6,039 nt of DNA from a virus, in IMG/VR virus record IMGVR_UViG_3300029123_000061, positions 1 to 6,039 of that record. One strand, given 5' to 3'. Below the pieces are notes generated by a model. The model did not search any database. It was given only the letters and a program-made list of their open reading frames with translations, and was not told the DNA's origin. Shown piece after piece: positions 1 through 6,039 of the stretch (position 1 is its first letter; each line of letters starts with the position of its first letter). Position numbers and translations under genes: made by a program.

Positions 1-99
1 AAGAACATCGACGGACCCGGAACCATCAAGAACGGAAAGAATACGCTGACCGCGAGAAACGTAGGCAGGGGCGTCCTGCAATAACCAATCAAGAGGCAT
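1..99. repeat. 99-bp exact direct terminal repeat (1-99 is identical to 5941-6039). It is the assembly overlap of a circular genome, giving a true unit length of 5,940 bp.
   Basis: I compared the first 99 nt (aagaacatcgacggacccgg...aagaggcat) with 5941-6039 base by base and they are identical. The repeat contains the 5' end (first 33 codons) of the minus-strand 98-aa ORF. Confidence 0.95.
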
Positions 100-110
100 A
101 AATATAAATA

Positions 111-1901
111 TTAACGATTAGACAAACGAGTCGCAAATGTTTTGTTGACTAAATTCTTCTTTTGAACAGAATACGAAAGATTGATAAAGAAATTATCCTC
201 CGAATTAGACACAAACGGAGAATTTACCTGTCCAATATCAGTAAACAAAAGAGAATAGTATGAATTATAACTTGCAGACAAAACACGCTGCTGAACCCAA
301 TAAGAATAAAGGGGAACGTCAGACTTAGAGGCCTGAAAACGGGACAACTGACCAAGAACTTCGTCGTAAGAAGACCGAAACTCATTAAAGCAAGGTTCAT
401 ATGCCACGGCTTCCGAGGCAGAGGTAGTTCCAAAGCCAAACTGGAATCCCGGAATATCCTGGTATCCGATATCATTATAAATAGGATTAAAATAGTCGGC
501 ACCAGTATAGTGAAGGTAATCGGGATAAATACCAGCCCAGTAGTATACAGGTCGAATACTCAACATATCAATCAAGTAACCGGGCTCACGAAAATAGTAG
601 GACTGTCGACGACCAAGGCGGTCATTAAAAGCGATAGCGCCACCCTGCTGTCCAAGGGGACCAATCGACGAATCGCCACCGAAATTACTAAATCCAGCCT
701 GATTCATAATCACCTGAACATTAATGGTTTGCGAAGCGCTAAACAAAAGCTTAGGTCGATCGACGTGTTCAATCTTAGACGCAAAGAACGTCTCCAACCA
801 ATCGCTATAACGACTTCCTCCAGCACCAAGCAAATCCTTATATTCTTGAAGACGCGAAGCGATAGCAAGCTGGGGGATAGTTGCCACTCCAGTCATCGAA
901 ACTCCCTCAGAAGAGCCAACAGGGAGCAGTCTACTGTAACGATCGGGGTTCGAGGGCACAACAGCCATCGGATGAGCAACAAGAAAGGCTCCGAGAGTGG
1001 TGACAGTCGTAGCAGCAGGAATAGTAGAAAACTGACTATCGGGACCCGAGCTCGACAATACCGTGCTTCCAGGATAAATAGTAGAAACAGGATAACCGTC
1101 GCGAGAAGCCGTAATTATCGCACCAAGGTCAGACAAAGCTATCTGGGAAAAAAGATTTCCGCGATTATACGTATTATTCGAAGAGGTTACAGACGAAGGA
1201 TAAAACTGACTCTCAAAATATGCATCCAGGAATTCAAGATTACCAAACCTCTGACTAAAGAATGACGAATTCGACCCAAACTGAAGAACAGAATAAAGAG
1301 TACCAGTAGAATTGGGTATGAAGTACCAACTACCGGGCCAGGCGAAAGAGTAGAGACCCCACTGGGAATAACTGTAATAATTACGAACGATGTCCCAGTA
1401 AGCAAGATAAGAATCAGCATTACACCAACCTAAAGGATAGGCCAACTGAGCCGCCGTAAGATTACCCGACATCGGAACATTACTCGAAGTCGGGGTCGGT
1501 ATAGAAGCGGGAACAGCGCGTAACCAACGAAGCAAGGAGTTGGAATAAGGATAGTTATTTGTCGTGAATTCGTATGAACCAGTAGTTGAAGCGGCAATAA
1601 AATTCAAGCTCAAATCATTCATATCAAACTTACTGCTATTCGTCCTCATCTCGGGGTGGTATAACTGGAGCGGCACCCAAAAGCGGTGAAGTCGAATAGT
1701 GTAAGGATTGAACGTCGGAACAGCAAGAGGATTACTGCGAACGTCAATACCCTGCTCGATAGAAACACGATCTCGAGCATTAATGAAATCAATTCGCACC
1801 GGATACAAAATACCCGGTGTGCATGTAAAAGCCTTACTCTCAGGAACATCGTAGCGAGAGTAACCATTTACAACGTGTGAAATGAAAGGTTGTTTTCCCA
1901 T
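111..1901 (-). CDS. Microviridae major capsid protein (VP1 / F-protein family), 596 aa.
   Basis: ATG at 1901-1899 and TAA at 113-111. The N-terminal region (…AVPTFNPYTIRLHRFWVPLQLYHPE…) matches the conserved FFVPLRL-type block of gokushovirus-like VP1 as I recall it. Its size and its position directly downstream of Rep (3-nt gap) are typical of Microviridae. Third codon positions are strongly T-ending. Confidence 0.9.
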   Translation of the reverse strand: MGKQPFISHVVNGYSRYDVPESKAFTCTPGILYPVRIDFINARDRVSIEQGIDVRSNPLAVPTFNPYTIRLHRFWVPLQLYHPEMRTNSSKFDMNDLSLNFIAASTTGSYEFTTNNYPYSNSLLRWLRAVPASIPTPTSSNVPMSGNLTAAQLAYPLGWCNADSYLAYWDIVRNYYSYSQWGLYSFAWPGSWYFIPNSTGTLYSVLQFGSNSSFFSQRFGNLEFLDAYFESQFYPSSVTSSNNTYNRGNLFSQIALSDLGAIITASRDGYPVSTIYPGSTVLSSSGPDSQFSTIPAATTVTTLGAFLVAHPMAVVPSNPDRYSRLLPVGSSEGVSMTGVATIPQLAIASRLQEYKDLLGAGGSRYSDWLETFFASKIEHVDRPKLLFSASQTINVQVIMNQAGFSNFGGDSSIGPLGQQGGAIAFNDRLGRRQSYYFREPGYLIDMLSIRPVYYWAGIYPDYLHYTGADYFNPIYNDIGYQDIPGFQFGFGTTSASEAVAYEPCFNEFRSSYDEVLGQLSRFQASKSDVPLYSYWVQQRVLSASYNSYYSLLFTDIGQVNSPFVSNSEDNFFINLSYSVQKKNLVNKTFATRLSNR

Positions 1902-1904
1902 AAA

Positions 1905-2975
1905 TTAAGTAATTAGTTGAAGTTTATAATGATCTCTCCAGAACTGAAGAATGTCCAAATCGAGCCAAGTAGGGGGGGCGAAATCAGGCATCTTCCGAGA
2001 AGACGCAGAGAAACGCATTATTTGCTTTTGCTCCCACGTATACGATGCTCTACGGGATACGGAGGAATTGAGGCCGAACCGCTCAACACACAGAGAGACA
2101 ATACGCTTAACCAAAGAAGACTTGCTAAAACGTGCATAAGCATCAGCAGCGGTAATTGAGCGAACAACTTCGTCTTCCGGTTCGATATATTTAAGATAGT
2201 ATCGAGGAATCGAATAATTATAATTGATACGCTTCTCAAAATCGAAATAAGACCACGACGAAACGCGAGTAGAAGGACGAGGCATATAGCCAAGAAAATC
2301 ACCGACGCCAGCAGATACGAATTTTCGCGTATAACGGCGATGTTGGAGGAGGCAAGATAAAGGTGTAAGTTTTCCATCTACGGTAACATATTTATCCGAA
2401 ATTTCTTCGGGATTAAACTGAATTTGTTTAGTAACATACTTAACACAATAGCGAGCACGCTTGTGGGTAGCCTTTGCCAACCACACAAAACCAAGATCTC
2501 GAACGGCAGAACGAATAGTATTGTAAAGAACATTTGTGCCGAAGAGAAAACCATGAAAATGTAGTCGAGGTTCATTTCCTGTTTCAGGGTGAGTGCCAAA
2601 CTCTTGAAAAAAGGCATGTTTGAACGAATGACCGAGTTTATGTCGCAAGCGCTCATTGAAACGGCGGATAAAACAGGACGGGTCAAGCAAGGCTTCGTTG
2701 TAATACTTCGGATCAATCGTTATTGTAATAAAAATAGCCTGCTGGCCATCAGCCTTACAGCGAGCAAGTTCGCGCTCGAGCCGAACGAACCAATCATTAC
2801 GCTGGCGACGCAAGCAATCTTCGCACTTTCCGCACGGAACCATCAGCCACTGTCGAGCGATGTCCCAAGGTCGAAGAGCTAAGGCCGATTTGGCAACATC
2901 AGAACCATTTCGACAAGGATTCTTCTTGTCAAAATAACGACGATTCCGGATCCATATGGGAGATGAACAAGGCAT
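1905..2975 (-). CDS. Rolling-circle replication initiator (Microviridae VP4 / gene A-like HUH endonuclease), about 356 aa from ATG at 2975. The ORF track starts 7 codons earlier at TTG 2996.
   Basis: The translation contains RCR motif I (IFITITID), motif II HUH (HFHGFLFG) and motif III with catalytic Tyr (YCVKYVTK). The N-terminal PCGKCEDC zinc-ribbon-like block is typical of Microviridae Rep. The ATG at 2975 overlaps the stop of the upstream 66-aa ORF as TAATG. The track's first codon at 2996-2994 is TTG, with a TGA stop directly upstream at 2999-2997. Confidence 0.9.
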   Translation of the reverse strand: MPCSSPIWIRNRRYFDKKNPCRNGSDVAKSALALRPWDIARQWLMVPCGKCEDCLRRQRNDWFVRLERELARCKADGQQAIFITITIDPKYYNEALLDPSCFIRRFNERLRHKLGHSFKHAFFQEFGTHPETGNEPRLHFHGFLFGTNVLYNTIRSAVRDLGFVWLAKATHKRARYCVKYVTKQIQFNPEEISDKYVTVDGKLTPLSCLLQHRRYTRKFVSAGVGDFLGYMPRPSTRVSSWSYFDFEKRINYNYSIPRYYLKYIEPEDEVVRSITAADAYARFSKSSLVKRIVSLCVERFGLNSSVSRRASYTWEQKQIMRFSASSRKMPDFAPPTWLDLDILQFWRDHYKLQLIT

Positions 2976-3175
2976 TAGAAAATACTTCGAAGACAATCAA
3001 ATTTAATACCAGGATGATCAAGATGACAACGAACGAGATAATCATTCGCAGAAACTTCATCAGCGAACCAAGCAATAACGACTCGCTTTTTACCCCTGTA
3101 TGCGCCAATAGAATAGCGACAAGCGGCACCATTAACAATAGGGGAAAATCTCGGTCGAAAGTCAAAATAATCCAT
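2975..3175 (-). CDS. Hypothetical 66-aa protein with 3 Cys and 3 His, translationally coupled to Rep.
   Basis: ATG at 3175-3173. The TAA at 2977-2975 shares its last A with the Rep ATG (TAATG). T-ending codon bias matches the confirmed genes (GAT TAT TTT GAC TTT CGA CCG AGA TTT…). A GC-rich hairpin plus T-run lies immediately upstream. I cannot name a homologue from memory. Confidence 0.45.
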   Translation of the reverse strand: MDYFDFRPRFSPIVNGAACRYSIGAYRGKKRVVIAWFADEVSANDYLVRCHLDHPGIKFDCLRSIF

Positions 3176-3413
3176 AATTCAAAAAGATTGCATTGCGCTT
3201 CGAAAGACGGTACTTTCGAGCGCGAGAACTACTACGTTTCGCCGGCCGACAGCCTTAACGGCTGGGACGCTGCGCGTCTTCGGCCTCCATGGCTTCACTC
3301 CGTTTGGGATATACCGGCAAAGCCGGTGAATACAAAAGCCCACAGGAGAGGGGAGTATCTCCTGGGGCATAGTAAGTCAAAGAACTCTTCCACCGAGCGG
3401 GCGGGTCACTACT
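3176..3413. promoter_or_regulatory. GC-rich structured non-coding island. GC is about 68% at 3241-3300 against about 43% in the genes. It contains at least four stable hairpins, including a nested three-stem element, and is a candidate replication origin or complementary-strand primosome site and promoter region upstream of the ORF66-Rep-VP1 gene block.
   Basis: The first hairpin is 3195-3223: GCGC-t-TCGAAAG [acggta] CTTTCGA-GCGC. The second is 3244-3285: an outer stem GGCCGA/TCGGCC enclosing CAGCC[ttaac]GGCTG (3250-3264) and GACGC[tgc]GCGTC (3266-3278). The third is 3313-3327: ACCGGC[aaa]GCCGGT. The only ORF fully inside it (3179-3370, 63 aa) lacks the T-ending codon bias of real genes. Confidence 0.5.
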
Positions 3414-3737
3414 TTAGTTCCCTTTCCCTTCTTCTTCCGACGCGCTTTCATTGAGAGACAAATCAAAGTCAAACATAAGAACAAGTGTATTATCGAAAAA
3501 CTCGACCGCAAAATTCGGATACGCACTCAGGGCGCTTATAAGACTATGGACAGAACGATGTTCGATATAGGGAGAATCGGCAATACTGGAATGTTCTACG
3601 TAGGTAGAAACGGGAGTATGCTCAAGGGCATCAATAGAAAATGACGAAAACTGTCCATTTTCAATGTAACCTACCTGAACAAGGTCAATCTTAAAGGCAG
3701 GATTAATACGACGGATAACAACGTGAATCTGTGTCAT
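3414..3737 (-). CDS. Hypothetical 107-aa protein with an acidic C-terminus (…FDFDLSLNESASEEEGKGN). It sits between VP2 and Rep, where gokushoviruses carry VP3, so it may be an internal scaffolding protein analogue.
   Basis: ATG at 3737-3735. Strong T-ending codon bias. It is tightly packed 15 nt after the stop of the upstream ORF. No recognisable motif. Confidence 0.6.
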   Translation of the reverse strand: MTQIHVVIRRINPAFKIDLVQVGYIENGQFSSFSIDALEHTPVSTYVEHSSIADSPYIEHRSVHSLISALSAYPNFAVEFFDNTLVLMFDFDLSLNESASEEEGKGN

Positions 3738-3752
3738 AATTAAAAGAATTAA

Positions 3753-4070
3753 CTAAAAAAGCGAAAAAAAGGATTTACAAAAATCTTCCCAACGATTAGA
3801 AGCGTCGACCCAGAATTCACGGCCTTCGGGGGTTCTATCGAAAGCAAATGAGCCGGCAAGAAAAAAAGAATAATTCATAAAGCCATACTTTGCATAACGG
3901 CGCAGACGGTCTCGAATGTCGTCGCGAACAGATGTGGTAACTCGTCCAGATTCTTCGAGATTCTTCGCGTATTTACGATAAAGGCGATTTCGAACAAGCC
4001 ACTCAACGAAAAGATACTCTAAAGCATCAACTCGTAAATCTAACTGATTAAAAGATTTCTGCGTTTTCAT
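3753..4070 (-). CDS. Hypothetical 105-aa protein of unknown function, mildly basic and rich in aromatic residues.
   Basis: ATG at 4070-4068 and TAG at 3755-3753. T-ending codon bias. It is preceded by an 80-nt AT-rich intergenic spacer (4071-4150) after the VP2 stop. I recall no family match. Confidence 0.6.
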   Translation of the reverse strand: MKTQKSFNQLDLRVDALEYLFVEWLVRNRLYRKYAKNLEESGRVTTSVRDDIRDRLRRYAKYGFMNYSFFLAGSFAFDRTPEGREFWVDASNRWEDFCKSFFSLF

Positions 4071-4150
4071 GATAATGTGGTTATTGGTTTACGATGCAAA
4101 TATCCGAAAAAAATAGTAAATGACAAAATTCAAAAGGTCGAAAAAAGTAT

Positions 4151-5416
4151 TCAATTTCTCCCAAACATACTACGACGTGTGTATGTGCCACCAATCCGGT
4201 CACCGGAAGAGCCATAAAATTCCTTCATCTCCTCATAACCTTCAGGACCAGCAGGACCTGCAGCCTTGCGGCCAACGTATGAGGCGCCAGCGATGCCTGC
4301 GGCAGTGGCAAAGGAGCGAATGACATCATGTGCGAGACGAAGTCGAGAATTGCGCAAATCCCAACGGATGTTTCCTGTTTCGAGTTGAGCAGTTTCAGCA
4401 GCAGCGGACTTCAAAATAGCCGTAGTTTCAGCCACTTTCATCATCTTCGTCTCAACAACTTCACCTTTATCGTTACGAATCTGAACAGGAACTTCTTTCT
4501 CCCAATTCAGCTCGTACCATTTCTGCAAATCCTTAAGTTCCTGGGCATTAAGCTTTATACGAGATTCAGATTCAGCAGCGGCAGAAACGTTTGCAATAGC
4601 GGAAGACCAGGCAACAGCAAGGGCTGCTCCAGCTTGAGGTTCAAACCAATCATTCGTCATACGAATATTTTGGTATTTCTCCTCCAAAATGCCAGCCATA
4701 GCCATAATAGAAGACATTTTATAACCTTGCGTAATATTAGCCAAATAAGCGTCAATTGCAACAATTTGAGCCTGCGCTTCACGAAGGTTGGCGAGCTCAC
4801 GAGCATCTTTAACATTATGCTGCGCAATCTGCAATTCAAGATTATCCATCTGTTCTCGCCACTCTTGCGTATGAGTATTACCACGAAGGTTATCAGCTTC
4901 CGCCTCATCTCGGTTAGCAGCAGCAGTATTGCGGTCAACCGTAGACTGCGCAACCATATTTTGTGCAATAGCAGTAGGATCACCAGGAGCGAAAGCAGCA
5001 GGAGAAACGGGAGCGCCGCCTGAAGGACCTGAAGCAGAAGGCATACCTGCAGAACCACCGGACATAGTAGCATTCACGCCAACACCAGAAGAGCCTAAAA
5101 CAGCAGCAGGTGTTACACCAGCCTTCAAATACCGGCTAAAAACTTTTGAGGGGTCATTATACGAATTTTCATAATCAAACTGCCTTTGCCAATTAGTATA
5201 AGAAAGTTCAGACTGTCTTTGCATCTGCTCTAAAGCGTATTTCTGCTGAAGAGCCATTTGTTTTTGCTGATATCTCCACTGCCGGCGGGCGTTCATGCCA
5301 CCAAAAAGTTGGCCGAGGGCGCCGGAAATCAAACCGGTAGCACCGGTAGAGGCGGCCGACTGGCCAAGAGCCTGGCCGAAAGACGTAGCAGCGGCAGCAG
5401 CAACGGGAGCGGGCAT
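4151..5416 (-). CDS. Microviridae minor capsid / DNA pilot protein (VP2, H-protein-like), 421 aa.
   Basis: ATG at 5416-5414 and TGA at 4153-4151. The N-terminus is Gly/Ala-rich (AAAAATSFGQALGQSAASTGATGLISGALGQLFGG). It is followed by Gln/Met-rich and long coiled-coil-like A/Q/E/L-rich segments and a G/S/A low-complexity linker. Its size and its position between VP1 and Rep are typical of VP2. Confidence 0.75.
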   Translation of the reverse strand: MPAPVAAAAATSFGQALGQSAASTGATGLISGALGQLFGGMNARRQWRYQQKQMALQQKYALEQMQRQSELSYTNWQRQFDYENSYNDPSKVFSRYLKAGVTPAAVLGSSGVGVNATMSGGSAGMPSASGPSGGAPVSPAAFAPGDPTAIAQNMVAQSTVDRNTAAANRDEAEADNLRGNTHTQEWREQMDNLELQIAQHNVKDARELANLREAQAQIVAIDAYLANITQGYKMSSIMAMAGILEEKYQNIRMTNDWFEPQAGAALAVAWSSAIANVSAAAESESRIKLNAQELKDLQKWYELNWEKEVPVQIRNDKGEVVETKMMKVAETTAILKSAAAETAQLETGNIRWDLRNSRLRLAHDVIRSFATAAGIAGASYVGRKAAGPAGPEGYEEMKEFYGSSGDRIGGTYTRRSMFGRN

Positions 5417-5417
5417 A

Positions 5418-5720
5418 CTACAGGTGTGTTAAATTGTTAGAACGAATGATATAATCAACACGAACAGTGTCAATGTGAACGCCACTACGCTGCATCCTGG
5501 CTTGAGCCGAACAAGAAGCAAGAAAAAAGGCGGCCAATGCGGCAATAATAGACGAAATGAGTGTCCAAAAGGCTTTAGACCTGTAAAAGGGTTGCTTGAT
5601 CTCAGACATAAGAATAAAATTTAAAGAACGATAGAAAAATGCGCGGCCTCTCCTGCAGTCGTTACCAATAACCTTCAGCAATTCACGAACTCTTGCAAAA
5701 GGGGTCCGCGCACGTAACAT
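5418..5720 (-). CDS. Small basic membrane or lipoprotein-like protein. The full ORF is 100 aa. An internal ATG at 5609 would give a 63-aa prolipoprotein with a signal peptide and LASC lipobox. It is a candidate lysis or superinfection-exclusion protein.
   Basis: Residues 38-100 are MSEIKQPFYRSKAF-WTLISSIIAALAAFFLA-S-C-SAQ…: a positively charged n-region, a 17-residue hydrophobic core, and L-A-S-C matching the lipobox [LVI][ASTVI][GAS]C. The mature part would be about 30 aa. The N-terminal 37 aa are very Arg-rich (net about +7). The TAG stop at 5420-5418 is followed 1 nt later by the VP2 ATG. It does not overlap a larger gene, so its hydrophobicity is not a frame artefact. Confidence 0.5.
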   Translation of the reverse strand: MLRARTPFARVRELLKVIGNDCRRGRAFFYRSLNFILMSEIKQPFYRSKAFWTLISSIIAALAAFFLASCSAQARMQRSGVHIDTVRVDYIIRSNNLTHL

Positions 5721-5742
5721 ATATCTTCAAGTAAAGGATATA

Positions 5743-6039
5743 CTATTTTTCTTCAGAATTAGTAGACTTCGAAGCAGACTTCGACCTATCTATTTCAGAA
5801 TCAATAAGTTCCTGTCCAACCTCGAGTCCATCAAACTTATCCATACGAGAGAACGAGTTAGGGTCGAAATCGATTTCAGGATTAAACTTTTCGCCCTTAT
5901 CAAAATCAGAGGGTTCGGCAATCACGTCCGGACGACCAGGAAGAACATCGACGGACCCGGAACCATCAAGAACGGAAAGAATACGCTGACCGCGAGAAAC
6001 GTAGGCAGGGGCGTCCTGCAATAACCAATCAAGAGGCAT
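5743..6039 (-). CDS. Hypothetical acidic 98-aa protein (13 Asp and 8 Glu against 11 Lys/Arg). It spans the linearisation point and could be a scaffolding-like or accessory protein.
   Basis: The ATG at 6039-6037 corresponds to 99-97 and lies 11 nt downstream of the capsid TAA in circular context. TAG at 5745-5743. Strong T-ending codon bias. Confidence 0.55.
   Translation of the reverse strand: MPLDWLLQDAPAYVSRGQRILSVLDGSGSVDVLPGRPDVIAEPSDFDKGEKFNPEIDFDPNSFSRMDKFDGLEVGQELIDSEIDRSKSASKSTNSEEK
5941..6039. repeat. Second copy of the 99-bp terminal redundancy (circularisation overlap).
   Basis: Identical to 1-99. The ORF at 5743-6039 starts with ATG at 6039-6037, which is the same ATG as 99-97. 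In circular context the in-frame upstream stop is at 118-120. Confidence 0.95.

Noticed and set aside
510-1265. 251-aa Lys/Arg/Ser/Asn-rich ORF on the plus strand, antisense to the capsid gene.
   Set aside because: It is the antisense reading of a T-ending-codon gene, which gives A-starting codons (K/N/R/S/T/I). All bona fide Microviridae genes are on one strand. Other plus-strand ORFs (1686-1880, 1917-2159, 2589-2882, 4120-4323, 4328-5023, 4929-5174, 5258-5440) are rejected for the same reason.
3342-3350. 9-mer caggagagg present at 3342-3350 (plus strand) and as its reverse complement at 5649-5657.
   Set aside because: A single 9-nt match in a 6-kb sequence is expected many times by chance (about N^2/4^9). 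There is no flanking similarity.
3179-3370. 63-aa basic ORF on the minus strand inside the GC island, considered as a J/VP5-like DNA-binding protein.
   Set aside because: Its third codon positions are a C/G/A/T mixture rather than T-dominated as in all confident genes. It runs straight through the strongest hairpins. The region is more parsimoniously non-coding and structured.
2963-3454. 163-aa plus-strand ORF covering the GC-rich island.
   Set aside because: It is on the wrong strand relative to every supported gene. It spans the hairpin-dense non-coding region and has no coding-bias signature. A long ORF is expected by chance in GC-rich DNA with few AT-rich stop codons.
4657-5073. Leu-rich, strongly hydrophobic 138-aa ORF on the same strand nested inside VP2. 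It is tempting as a phiX E-like embedded lysis gene.
   Set aside because: It is in the +1 frame of VP2. The T-rich third codon positions of VP2 become second positions in this frame (NTN = L/I/V/F/M), which makes any such frame look like a membrane protein. The same artefact produces hydrophobic nested ORFs at 2018-2377 and 2378-2716 inside Rep, and at 1187-1420 and 224-502 inside the capsid gene. There is no independent support.
1-6039. Search for tRNA, CRISPR repeats, integrase or transposase, and attachment-site-like repeats.
   Set aside because: No cloverleaf-sized conserved structure was seen. There are no regularly spaced direct repeats. No ORF carries recombinase or transposase motifs. 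The only long repeat is the terminal assembly overlap.

Overview
The window is a complete circular ssDNA phage genome of the family Microviridae, about 5,940 bp, linearised with a 99-bp terminal redundancy: positions 1-99 are identical to 5941-6039. All credible genes lie on the minus strand of the window. In coding direction the order is major capsid protein (596 aa), acidic 98-aa protein, 100-aa basic/membrane or lipoprotein-like protein, VP2-like DNA pilot protein (421 aa), two unknown small proteins (105 and 107 aa), a ~250-400 bp GC-rich hairpin-dense non-coding island, a 66-aa ORF joined by a TAATG stop/start overlap to the HUH replication initiator (Rep), and then the capsid gene 3 nt after the Rep stop. 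The HUH motifs readable in the translation are IFITITID, HFHGFLFG and YCVKYVTK. No gene has a Shine-Dalgarno sequence, and real genes share a strong T-ending codon bias. ORFs on the plus strand and +1-frame hydrophobic ORFs nested in real genes are explained as composition artefacts. I see no tRNA, CRISPR array, integrase or transposase. The non-canonical parts are the small-gene cassette between the capsid and pilot genes (including a candidate lipoprotein or lysis protein), the structured GC-rich island upstream of Rep (candidate origin or primosome site), and the small ORF translationally coupled to Rep.
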